Shown piece by piece: positions 9,843 through 19,308 of a stretch of DNA of 64,000 nucleotides. The stretch's first letter is position 1. Every line of letters starts with the position of its first letter. The position numbers and the translations under genes are program-made. Origin of the DNA: a virus; IMG/VR virus record IMGVR_UViG_3300046387_001332; one strand, 5' to 3'. Under the pieces are notes generated by a model. The model made no database searches, had not been told where the DNA came from, and saw only the letters and a list, made by a program, of their open reading frames with translations.

Positions 9843-11399
9843 ATGGAGTCACACAAATGCACAAAAAAAGAATGTAAATATCCTATAAGTTGCGAACACA
9901 ACGATTTGTGCATGGAGAATGAAATGCAAAAAAGTGTTTCTTCAAAGAAAATCAAAAAAACCTCAACTCAAAAAGTTGGGGTTATTTTGTGTCATGGTTT
10001 TTTATCAAAGCACGAACAAATGGTCCCTCTTAGCAATTTCATTTACGAAAATTTTAATTGGGAAACTCATCTTGTTGAGTTAAGTGGTCACGGATACGAT
10101 GCTGATAATATTACCAAGGTAACTTGGAATGATTGGGTTGATGATGTGAAAAACAAGTACAACAAAGTTTCCAAAGAATGTGATACAATTTACTTTATTG
10201 GATTTTCTCTTGGTGGTTGTGTTGGTGCTTATGTATCTACTTTAAAAAGTGTAAGATTTTCTGGAATGGTGTTAATCAATTGTCCATTTGGTGTTAAGAA
10301 TGTATTTAATAAACTTTTACCAGGTGTTATGATTTACAATAAAATTTGTAAGAAACTCAATCTTCAAAAAATAATGCTTGAGTGTATTTCTAATGATAGT
10401 GAAATGCCAGAGTTAAACCAACCATTAATTGATTTGTCCGCAACAAATGAACTTCGTAAAATGTCTAACGTTTCTAAAACTATATTAGATAGAATATTAT
10501 GTCCTGTGTTTCAAATACAAGAATACAACGATCCAACTGTTTTTTATAGTAGTGGTGTTCGTGCATTTAAGAAGATTGCATCATCCTATAAGAAATTATT
10601 TACCACAAAATTAAATACACATCTTACGATTTACGACAAAGGATTAGAGTGTAGTGTGTTTTGTAAAATAAAACAATTTCTGACGGAAATGGAGAAAAAT
10701 AAATTTATTAATATTGCTCATCGTGGAGCAAGTGGTACTTGTACAGAAAATACACTTTCTGCATTTGAAAAAGCAATTGAGTTTAATTGTGATATGATTG
10801 AATTTGATGTTCAGCATATTAATCACAACTTCTGCGTGTTTCATGATTATACGGCAGAAAGAATGTTTGGGTTAGATAAAAAGATGAGTGATTTGTCATC
10901 GGATGAATTTGATAAACTTATTTATGCTAATTGTGAACGCATACCCACTTTACAACAAGCACTTGATTGTATAAATGGTAGGTGTGGTGTGAATATTGAA
11001 GTTAAAGATAGTAGCATTGCAACTAATATTGTGTCAGTTGTAAGAGATTATCAAAAAAAGAAACAATGGCAGAATGTTGATATTGTATTGAGTTCTTTTA
11101 GTTGTGCAACCGTCAATTTAATTAGAAGAACCGGTGATGATATCAAAGTATCCCAATTATTCCACGAAGGTAACGTCACACTACAAGACATAAAGAATTT
11201 TAGAAAAGACTACTTTGAAAAAAATATATATTCTGTAAATTTATATATAGAAGATATTACACAACCCATTGTTGAGTATTGTAATGAAAATAACATGAAA
11301 ATATATGTATATACCGTAAATGAACTTCGTGCTATAAGATATTTGCGTGAATTGGGTGTGGATGGTGTATTTACAGATTATCCCGAAAGAATACAATAA
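9843..11399 (+). CDS. Alpha/beta-hydrolase (esterase/lysophospholipase-like) fused to glycerophosphodiester phosphodiesterase
   Basis: HGF oxyanion motif, LSGHG, GFSLGG nucleophile, DPTV and His; C-terminal IAHRGASG..ENTLSAF, IEFDV, HD, NIEVK, YTVN, GVDGVFTDYP. Confidence 0.88.
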   Translation: MESHKCTKKECKYPISCEHNDLCMENEMQKSVSSKKIKKTSTQKVGVILCHGFLSKHEQMVPLSNFIYENFNWETHLVELSGHGYDADNITKVTWNDWVDDVKNKYNKVSKECDTIYFIGFSLGGCVGAYVSTLKSVRFSGMVLINCPFGVKNVFNKLLPGVMIYNKICKKLNLQKIMLECISNDSEMPELNQPLIDLSATNELRKMSNVSKTILDRILCPVFQIQEYNDPTVFYSSGVRAFKKIASSYKKLFTTKLNTHLTIYDKGLECSVFCKIKQFLTEMEKNKFINIAHRGASGTCTENTLSAFEKAIEFNCDMIEFDVQHINHNFCVFHDYTAERMFGLDKKMSDLSSDEFDKLIYANCERIPTLQQALDCINGRCGVNIEVKDSSIATNIVSVVRDYQKKKQWQNVDIVLSSFSCATVNLIRRTGDDIKVSQLFHEGNVTLQDIKNFRKDYFEKNIYSVNLYIEDITQPIVEYCNENNMKIYVYTVNELRAIRYLRELGVDGVFTDYPERIQ

Positions 11400-11425
11400 A
11401 TCTATTTTGATATATATTTATTGTC

Positions 11426-13054
11426 GTGGATATTGTAGAACATTATTTGAATAAGTCTTTGATTACATCTATTGAGTATGAAGATGTTTTGTGTGAACTT
11501 GCTTTACACGATTTGTTTAAACGTGACAACAAGCAAAGGTTCATTGACAAAGTTGATAGCAACGAAGTTCTTGATGATAAAAATAATCCTCTTAAAATAA
11601 AAAGTGGTACTACTGCTTTGTGGAAAGATATGAAGAAGCAACTTTTATCAGCAACAGACAAAGATGGAATTGCCGATTGGGGTGGTCGTGGTGACACTAA
11701 AATAAAACAACTATTTGGTGTTCCTATTAGTAAAATAGGTAAATCACAAAATGATATGAGTGGTGGTGCGAGTAGTGGTAATCCAAGTGGAGAAGATTGG
11801 GAGGCAATGATTGCTATTGGTCTTGCTACTATTGAAAAGAAAGACCCATCAAAAGAAGTTCCCGATGAGTGGTCACGAATAGAAAGAAAGGGGTTTTGGG
11901 ATAGTGAATTTAATCGTGACATTGCAGAAAAGATTGCAAGTGCATTTAAGAAAAACGGATATGCACCCATTTCACAAACTGGTAGTGGAAAGGGTGGTGC
12001 GGGGGTATCAAGTGAATGGGGAGAGATATTTAAAGAATACGGAAGTGGTAGTATGAACAAAACTCCAAAGACTGATATCAAGGGTGGTTCAAAGAAAATT
12101 TCATTAAAGAAAGCAGGTGGTTCTCAAGCAATGAGTGCCAAGCAAGCAGAAGCAGCTTCTACATTCGGAGCAGCTGTTAGTATGTATGGTAAAAATTATC
12201 CGAGTAGTGTAAATAAAATCTTAGATTCATTTAAAAGTTCAATTCTTGATTTATCTGAAAGTGGTTATCGTGGTAGTATATCTGCTCTTGAAAAAGACAT
12301 CAAAGCAAGTGAAGGTGATCCAAAGAAAATGAAGAAACTTAAACCCGTGGTTGATAATTTAAAGCAAGCAAGAGATGATGGTAAGTTTATTACATCTGAA
12401 ATGAATCGTTTGTTTTTAAGTGATTCAAAATTCAAAGACTTATTTGTATTTGAGGCAGCTACCGGTTCTGTTAAGTTTGGAGATTCATCGGAAAGTCGTG
12501 CTGATACTATGGTGGAAATTGATACTGATAGTGGTAAAATTACATCACAATACAAAATGAATTCTCCAAGTGATATCTCTTCGTTGGCAAGTCAATACAA
12601 GTTTTATTTGTCATTCAAAACAAGTGGTAATAGCACTCCTTATATGGCACTCCGAGGAAATATGGAACAAGACCCAAAGAAGGTTACTGCGTGGATGAAG
12701 AAGCAGGTTGTAGAAAATAAAAACTTTTCAACGATATGTCCAACATTTTCTACTATTATTCAAGAAGGTTTTAAACAAGACGATTTTGGAAAAAGATTAT
12801 TAACCGAATCTAGTTATCAAAATCTCAATGAATGGCAATTACTTAAAAAAGTTCGTGACGGAATAACATCTGTTAGCAACAAAGTAAAGGACCGTTTTGT
12901 TAAAATATGGAATTGGATTTCTGAACGAGTTTCTGTTGCGTTTAATTGGTTAAAGAAACAAGGAGCAAAAGCACTTGTTTATCTTCAAAAGTTTTTTGGA
13001 GTGAAACTTGACAAATGTGGAATAAATGGAAAAATAGAACTTTTCTCTGCTTAA
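11426..13054 (+). CDS. Hypothetical protein, possible PD-(D/E)XK nuclease-like domain
   Basis: 542 aa; EDWEAMI...TPKTDI...KISLKK pattern; GTG start 4 nt after ATATTTAT. Confidence 0.5.
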   Translation: MDIVEHYLNKSLITSIEYEDVLCELALHDLFKRDNKQRFIDKVDSNEVLDDKNNPLKIKSGTTALWKDMKKQLLSATDKDGIADWGGRGDTKIKQLFGVPISKIGKSQNDMSGGASSGNPSGEDWEAMIAIGLATIEKKDPSKEVPDEWSRIERKGFWDSEFNRDIAEKIASAFKKNGYAPISQTGSGKGGAGVSSEWGEIFKEYGSGSMNKTPKTDIKGGSKKISLKKAGGSQAMSAKQAEAASTFGAAVSMYGKNYPSSVNKILDSFKSSILDLSESGYRGSISALEKDIKASEGDPKKMKKLKPVVDNLKQARDDGKFITSEMNRLFLSDSKFKDLFVFEAATGSVKFGDSSESRADTMVEIDTDSGKITSQYKMNSPSDISSLASQYKFYLSFKTSGNSTPYMALRGNMEQDPKKVTAWMKKQVVENKNFSTICPTFSTIIQEGFKQDDFGKRLLTESSYQNLNEWQLLKKVRDGITSVSNKVKDRFVKIWNWISERVSVAFNWLKKQGAKALVYLQKFFGVKLDKCGINGKIELFSA

Positions 13055-14644
13055 TTACTTCTTGTAAAACACAAAGATAGGTTCGTACTTTTGCAACTCT
13101 CCGTTTATCTTGCAACAATTCTTAACCGTTTCTGCTTTAACACCACGCATTGTTGTCATAAGCATTTTAAGAGTTTCTACATACTCAAGTCCGTATTCCG
13201 CAAGAATATCACGACTATCTTTTTCTAATGGCATAAATCCATCTCCGTCTGCAATGTCTGCAATATTCCAAAGTAAGTATCTATCGTTCTTCAAATACTC
13301 GGCAGCCGTTTTCAAAGTAGGACGAAGAAAGTTGTCTCTCCAATCTTCGTACTCTGGAAACTTTTTGAAACTCTGAGATTCATCTGCTGAATATTGCTCA
13401 CGATTAAAATAAGGTGGACTCGTAAAAACCAAATCAAGTTTACCTTTGTATTTTTGGAAACTTGGATTCTTGTGAATTTCTTCACTTCCGTTCTGATAAA
13501 CATCATAAGTGTTACGATGACCAAAGAACGGATTACCTCCGTTTGTTTTATCATTAAAGAAGTCAGCAAGATATTCATAACGACTTTGATTTAGTTCGTC
13601 TATATAATTGTCTGTATTTGGATCAGTTCCTATATAATGAATTTGACGATCATGTACTGACATAGCACCTAGAATACGACCACCCCAACCAGAACTTGGG
13701 TCATATATATGGAGATTGCTTTTATCTTGAATGTGGTCTGTGTATTTCTGATATATATATTTTGCAGTCAACGGAGGAAAGTTTACTGCTGGTTGACTAA
13801 GACCCAACTTAAATGCTTCCATTGCTGACGGAAAGATTCTTGAGTTCTTGTTATAGTAACGGATGCTGAATTTGAATTGTACTTCCTTTTCATCTTCAAT
13901 AACGACATCATTTATATTTTCTATATCGTCACCGAAGTTTGCAGTTCTTTCTAAATTTCTAATGTTGTTTATTTCAAGCAAACCTTCTTTGTGTAATTTT
14001 CTTATTTGCTTTGCCGTAAGCATCAAACTATTTTGTTCATACGAATCAAAGTTTTTTTCTGTGAACAACTCAATAATCCAAAAGTCGTTATCTGGATGAA
14101 GATGCTTTTCTTTGACGAAGTTGCGAATCCACTCTTCTCCGTTTTGTGTTGGACACGGAACATCGAAGTCATTCTTGCCGATAGTTTTTCCGTGAGCATA
14201 AAACGAATCCCTACGAACAGTTCGTCTCATACAAGTATGAAAACTTTCTCGTTTCTCTGGATTAGCAAAACAATCATATACACTCCAAGATGTATGCTTA
14301 CTAGAACCTATTTTGGTTTTAAGCATCGTTGGAAAAAACTGATCAACTACGGTTGCGAACTTGTTAAAGTTTTTGATGATAGTATCAGTTCCATCCATTT
14401 CATCTGTATGCTGAAACTTGTAAACATCGTAACCAGGTAGCTTATTAAAGTTTGCTATAATATCTTTTTCGTTTTTACCTGTTCTTGGTGGAAGACCTTC
14501 ATTGTCCCAAGTGTCCACGATATAAGTTCTAAGTTCATCAATCCACTGTTCCAATTCTGTACCATTCTTTTGCAATAGTTCGTGGAATGTAATATTAACC
14601 TTACACTCTGTTAAATTATTCTTTTCGTAAAAGTATTTTTTCAT
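13055..14644 (-). CDS. Amino-group DNA methyltransferase-fold protein
   Basis: YDPSSGWGGR SAM-binding motif, FTSPPYFN, YEPIFVF; ATG at 14644 overlaps the upstream stop (ATGA). Confidence 0.8.
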   Translation of the reverse strand: MKKYFYEKNNLTECKVNITFHELLQKNGTELEQWIDELRTYIVDTWDNEGLPPRTGKNEKDIIANFNKLPGYDVYKFQHTDEMDGTDTIIKNFNKFATVVDQFFPTMLKTKIGSSKHTSWSVYDCFANPEKRESFHTCMRRTVRRDSFYAHGKTIGKNDFDVPCPTQNGEEWIRNFVKEKHLHPDNDFWIIELFTEKNFDSYEQNSLMLTAKQIRKLHKEGLLEINNIRNLERTANFGDDIENINDVVIEDEKEVQFKFSIRYYNKNSRIFPSAMEAFKLGLSQPAVNFPPLTAKYIYQKYTDHIQDKSNLHIYDPSSGWGGRILGAMSVHDRQIHYIGTDPNTDNYIDELNQSRYEYLADFFNDKTNGGNPFFGHRNTYDVYQNGSEEIHKNPSFQKYKGKLDLVFTSPPYFNREQYSADESQSFKKFPEYEDWRDNFLRPTLKTAAEYLKNDRYLLWNIADIADGDGFMPLEKDSRDILAEYGLEYVETLKMLMTTMRGVKAETVKNCCKINGELQKYEPIFVFYKK

Positions 14645-15498
14645 TGTCTCCAAAAGTGTGATGCACAAGCACCACCAAGATTATAGAATAGTACATCTCC
14701 GTCTAATTTGCAACCATTTTCTGTTAACCAACTCCACGCCTTTTTGTCCCAATTACCATTACAAGGAAACGGAGTTTCACACCAATCCATATCATCAAAA
14801 AAGTCGTGAGGTGTTTCGTGTATTTGAGTTTGATTACGATCATACACATTCCACTTCTTTAACATATTTGCAATAGATGACTTACTTGCAGTTGTGATCA
14901 AGTGAGCATACTTTTTATCTTTTTCTGACTGAACTCCAAATGTTTCAAAGTTCATAAATCCTTGTAGAATACCAGAAGGTGTAACACCACTTCCTGCATT
15001 TATCACCAAATGCTTAAAGTTTTTTTTCTGCATTATGCTTTGGGTGCGTTCTCTAAAATAAGTTATATACTCGGAGTGATTAAATGCGTAAGGCATCATT
15101 TGGTATTTTTCTTTTTCTGCAAGAATTCCTACACTACTTATTACGATGCTGAGAATATTTGGTTTCATCGGAACAAGTTCTGCTCCTAAACTTTCTATTT
15201 TTTCAAGTGCTTTTTTTGGATAGTCTTTGGTGTCTGGATAAGCAATCTTGATCTTAAACCCCAACTCTTTTCCGATATATGCTAATGCCCATCCACTATA
15301 ACTTACACGAACTGATAAATGTATAATGGGTTTGTCTTTAGATAACTCACCACTTTCAAGAACTCTGCGAATACCTTCCATTTTTGCCCACGGAGGTAAA
15401 TCCATATTTCCGTTTAGTAAATCGTCACGTTTTACATAAACTTTTTTTTCTCCACACAAATGTTCTTCAAGTGGAGTATCAAAATTAAAGGAGAGCAT
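14641..15498 (-). CDS. Fold-type II (TrpB/PALP-like) PLP-dependent enzyme
   Basis: TPLEE, VYVKRDDL, Schiff-base Lys in WAKMEG, SYSGWALA, phosphate loop AGSGVT. Confidence 0.8.
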   Translation of the reverse strand: MLSFNFDTPLEEHLCGEKKVYVKRDDLLNGNMDLPPWAKMEGIRRVLESGELSKDKPIIHLSVRVSYSGWALAYIGKELGFKIKIAYPDTKDYPKKALEKIESLGAELVPMKPNILSIVISSVGILAEKEKYQMMPYAFNHSEYITYFRERTQSIMQKKNFKHLVINAGSGVTPSGILQGFMNFETFGVQSEKDKKYAHLITTASKSSIANMLKKWNVYDRNQTQIHETPHDFFDDMDWCETPFPCNGNWDKKAWSWLTENGCKLDGDVLFYNLGGACASHFWRQ

Positions 15499-16690
15499 CT
15501 AAATGTTTTTGTTCACATTCAATATCCATTATTACGTGGAAACGATAATTCTCTGAATTGTTTACAACCCAATGAGGTTTTCTTTTGTCCATATAATAAT
15601 ATTCTCCCGTCTTTAAACGAAAGTCTTCTGTTTCACCATCAAGTCCAACTTGGGTGAATATACACTCTTCGTCAACTTGAATAGGAAAATGAATTCTTAA
15701 CGAACGACCAAGTTTTGGTCCATTCTTTGTTTGGTAATCCCAACTATCGTGACCAATATCGGTGTGTCTTTGAATCACTCCATTTTTTGGTTCTACTCTT
15801 GTGATAACCAACCAAGTACATTTTTCTACTGATGTAATTTCATTTACAATCTTTGCAAGTTTAGGAAGTTTCTCAAGAATTGTATAATCAACTTCACTGT
15901 TAGGGTTGATCGGCACAACTTCAATTGTGTACCAAGTTTTTTCGGGTCCTCCGTAGTTTCCATTAATTCCATCGTAACTCCAAGGATTAACTGCTTCTTT
16001 GTAGTCTTTAATTTCTTGAACAAGTTCTGCACATTCTTTTTTGTTGATAGAACTCAACTTCATTTTCTGAATCTTAATGTCTTCATACTTTGAAACACCC
16101 GGTTGTTTCAACTCACCACTATACCAAATACCACGAACCTCAGAACCAACCGCGGTTACTTTACTGCTTAACCAAGTTGCGTTAATTGCATTACACAAAT
16201 CTTTATCTTGTTGAAGTTCCATATTAACATCTGTGAAAAACAAATCACATCTTGTATCAAACAAATCGTTTTCTAGTTCTCGTTTGCTTTCAATGTCTTT
16301 AATTAAATCATCCATATACCCATCTGCATATGCGAATCTTGTAATTTGCAAATCACCTGTCTTAATATGAGCAACTACATCTTCGGCAACATCTTTGATT
16401 CCACGACCAGATTTTGCTTCCGCACAAATATAACTCCAAACAATCTCATCGTTTTCTTTCTTGAAAAACAATCTACCTTTTTGATCTGCTTCCCAAAGGT
16501 TCTTCCAGTTTACTTTCTTGAACGGATCGAGGTTAGGTTCTTTGCAAGCAATTGGTTGATTTTTCCATTGTGGCGGAACATCATATTGCTGATAGAACTT
16601 TGCGTGTTCTCTGAATGAATCTTTTACTTCATCTGAAATGTCATCTTTGACTTTGACCTTTTTTGTTTTCTTTTCTTTTACTGAAACCAT
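15485..16690 (-). CDS. Aspartyl/asparaginyl beta-hydroxylase-like 2OG-Fe(II) oxygenase with unknown N-terminal domain
   Basis: IQRHTD (HxD), LRIHFPI, GEYYYMD, PHWVVN, RFHVIMD. Confidence 0.8.
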   Translation of the reverse strand: MVSVKEKKTKKVKVKDDISDEVKDSFREHAKFYQQYDVPPQWKNQPIACKEPNLDPFKKVNWKNLWEADQKGRLFFKKENDEIVWSYICAEAKSGRGIKDVAEDVVAHIKTGDLQITRFAYADGYMDDLIKDIESKRELENDLFDTRCDLFFTDVNMELQQDKDLCNAINATWLSSKVTAVGSEVRGIWYSGELKQPGVSKYEDIKIQKMKLSSINKKECAELVQEIKDYKEAVNPWSYDGINGNYGGPEKTWYTIEVVPINPNSEVDYTILEKLPKLAKIVNEITSVEKCTWLVITRVEPKNGVIQRHTDIGHDSWDYQTKNGPKLGRSLRIHFPIQVDEECIFTQVGLDGETEDFRLKTGEYYYMDKRKPHWVVNNSENYRFHVIMDIECEQKHLDALL

Positions 16691-17487
16691 TTGTTTTCTT
16701 GCCTTTCTAAAATTGCATTATTCACTTTATTCTCTAAACAATTCTCTATAATTTTTTTTAAATTTTCGTGATCGTTTTTTTCTCCAAGGAAATTCCACGA
16801 TGTGTGATTGTAATACTTGACTGAATCTGTTTCAAGAAGTTCTTCGCGTTTAGTCGTACCAAGTGTATCAATGTGAGCAGACTTAATATTACCACCTAAA
16901 AGTGCAGAAAGCAATCCTTCGTTGTCGTGACATTCTGCTCTTGAAATAGAAACAAAGTTTATCCAGCAACATTCTTCAAATAGTTTTTCGTTGAACATAT
17001 TTTTGGTGGAATCATTCAACGGAACGGCTGCAACTATGTTTCTTGTATCCGCATTTGCCATTACTTCTCTGATTAACTTCATATCAGTTTTTGAATCTAC
17101 AACTACAAATGGATTATCACATATTTCTTGAACTTTCTTGGATATTGGTCCATTACCAAATATGATAACACGACCTTCTTCTAATTTGTCTTTAATCCAA
17201 TAAGCACATCCGTTTGTATTAGGACTTGTTGTCACTACACCAACATTGTGCTTTTTACACAACTTTAGATTTACCGAATCTACTCCATGACCTCTGTGAA
17301 CTACCCACTCAAGGTTAGGATACCGATCAAGTGTAGTTTTTCCTACTTTGCTAAATTTGGTTGATATGACCTTAATTTCTTTCGCAGGAATTCCATCTGC
17401 TTTTTGCATTGCACCGAGAATGTGTGCATTTGGAATAAACTTCTCTATATCAACAAGATCGGATTTATCTTTTATTAAGGTATTCAT
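16678..17487 (-). CDS. D-isomer-specific 2-hydroxyacid dehydrogenase-like protein (shortened)
   Basis: [49 protein letters not shown]. Confidence 0.75.
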   Translation of the reverse strand: MNTLIKDKSDLVDIEKFIPNAHILGAMQKADGIPAKEIKVISTKFSKVGKTTLDRYPNLEWVVHRGHGVDSVNLKLCKKHNVGVVTTSPNTNGCAYWIKDKLEEGRVIIFGNGPISKKVQEICDNPFVVVDSKTDMKLIREVMANADTRNIVAAVPLNDSTKNMFNEKLFEECCWINFVSISRAECHDNEGLLSALLGGNIKSAHIDTLGTTKREELLETDSVKYYNHTSWNFLGEKNDHENLKKIIENCLENKVNNAILERQENKWFQ

Positions 17488-17541
17488 TTTCGTATACTAT
17501 ACTAAACGAATACGCACCAAATATCAAGTATATAATATAAT

Positions 17542-19188
17542 TTATGCTAACTCGGTAACTTTGATTCTCGCAGATACATGACCAAGACTTCTATTTAGAT
17601 ATTCCATTGGAACTTTGTTTTCTACAAACAACTCGTTAAAGTATTGATCAATAGTATCTTGTTCTTTTTTAAGATAATCTGTATGGCATCCTTGTTGAAA
17701 TGTTTTTTTGGGTCTCCAGAGCAACTCATCGGAAATCTCTCCTTCAAATGCTTTTCGCAAAACATATTTCATTATGTTTCCTTTGCCATCTGCTTCATCT
17801 CTGTATCTGGTTGGAATTCTCAAACCAAAATCAATGACTTCTTTATTAAGAAACGGAGTTCTTAATTCTACCTTACCACCATACATCATTGCTTTGTTTG
17901 TTCTAATAAGATTGTTCTTGTGAAGATTGTTTATGAGGTTAACTCGTTTTTGATGCCAGGCAAGTGGATCAGGCCAGCAAAATCTTTTAACATCTCCATA
18001 ACTAGCAAATATTTCATCTGCTCCTTCTCCACCAAATACCACTTTGTATCCTTTGTCTCGGATTTCCCAAGATAAAAATAATTGAGCAACTGCTGGAGAT
18101 ACTTGTGTCCATTTGTGGGTTTCTGATGCCCATATGCTTTCTTTTAAATTATTCTGAATATCTTCTTTACTTACATTAACTTCGTGCAATCTAACACCCA
18201 ATTCTTTTGATGCTATTTTAGCATAATACAAATCATCTTTCAAAGTTTGCTTACGATTAGATGTCACATTCACAACAAATGCTTCAATGTTTGGGTTTTT
18301 CTTTTTAAGTAGGTATGTGATTATGGTGCTGTCTATACCACCGCTTAAAATTGTACAAATTGGAGTATCACTTATTAGTTCATCATCAACTGCTTTTTCC
18401 AACCGTTTTCTAAATTCAGATGCGTAGTAATCAATTCCTTTATCTTCTTTCTCAAATAATTTTAAGTCTGTTTCTGATCGTGTATATAAAGTTGGATTCT
18501 CTGGATTAAACTCTGGTTTGAAATCGTTCCATCTTTTAATCTCACAATTTGTTACTCCGATTAAATTTTCGGAAACCGTTACAATTGTTCCAGGTTCTAC
18601 TACTTTTATTTTTTCTTCTTCACCCCTTGGTGCTTTGCGATTTCTATCTACATTAAAAAACTTCAGTTCTTTGTTTGCTGATTGTAATCCTTTAACTTCA
18701 CTTGAAAAAACAATCTTTTCGTTTTCAAATGCATAATATAACGGAAGTCTTCCGATAAAGTCTCTTCCTAATGTTAACTGATTTCGTTCTACATCATAAA
18801 AAGCAAAACAAAACATTCCATCAAGATTTTTCATTGCTTCTAAAATATTATCACGATTATCAATCAAATAATAAAGTAACAACTCTGAATCACTTCGTTC
18901 AGTCTTGAAATTGTATTTCTTTCTGAGTTTGTTGTTAAACTTTCTAAAAAATGGTTTCCACATTTCTCCGTTGAAGGCCAGCACAAATTTTTCATCTTCA
19001 GAAATAAGTGGTTGATTTGCTGACTCTGATAAATCTTGTATAGACAAACGATTGTGACTCATATAAAAATCATTCTTCTCAAAATGAAATATAACATTGC
19101 CATCTGTTCCCCGATGCATAATTGAAGCAAGACCGTTTTTTACGTCTTGTATATTGTTGAAAGAGTTACCCCCTAATATTCCACACAT
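17542..19188 (-). CDS. asnB: Asparagine synthetase B-like glutamine amidotransferase
   Basis: N-terminal MCGI, HRG, RLSIQD, FNGE, DSE, RD; SGGIDS PP-loop, GEGADE, RTPFL. Confidence 0.9.
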   Translation of the reverse strand: MCGILGGNSFNNIQDVKNGLASIMHRGTDGNVIFHFEKNDFYMSHNRLSIQDLSESANQPLISEDEKFVLAFNGEMWKPFFRKFNNKLRKKYNFKTERSDSELLLYYLIDNRDNILEAMKNLDGMFCFAFYDVERNQLTLGRDFIGRLPLYYAFENEKIVFSSEVKGLQSANKELKFFNVDRNRKAPRGEEEKIKVVEPGTIVTVSENLIGVTNCEIKRWNDFKPEFNPENPTLYTRSETDLKLFEKEDKGIDYYASEFRKRLEKAVDDELISDTPICTILSGGIDSTIITYLLKKKNPNIEAFVVNVTSNRKQTLKDDLYYAKIASKELGVRLHEVNVSKEDIQNNLKESIWASETHKWTQVSPAVAQLFLSWEIRDKGYKVVFGGEGADEIFASYGDVKRFCWPDPLAWHQKRVNLINNLHKNNLIRTNKAMMYGGKVELRTPFLNKEVIDFGLRIPTRYRDEADGKGNIMKYVLRKAFEGEISDELLWRPKKTFQQGCHTDYLKKEQDTIDQYFNELFVENKVPMEYLNRSLGHVSARIKVTELA

Positions 19189-19308
19189 TTTTAAATCCTA
19201 GTTTCATGGTTGACTTATAAATAATTTATGTTATTTTAAGGGTCCATTATAAACTGGATATGTAGCTTTTGCTAGCTAAATCGCGTAAAATCAGCGAGTT
19301 GTGTAAAA

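Noticed and set aside
11443-12081. 212-aa antisense ORF and similar long antisense ORFs (23628-24152, 24616-25107, 36979-37470)
   Set aside because: Composition typical of reverse-complement shadows of genuine genes; no motifs.
17542-19188. 7-deazaguanine (Gat-QueC) or lasso-peptide cyclase interpretation of the AsnB-like gene
   Set aside because: Full AsnB architecture without QueC zinc cysteines; no folE/queD/queE/dpdA and no lasso precursor or B protein visible nearby.
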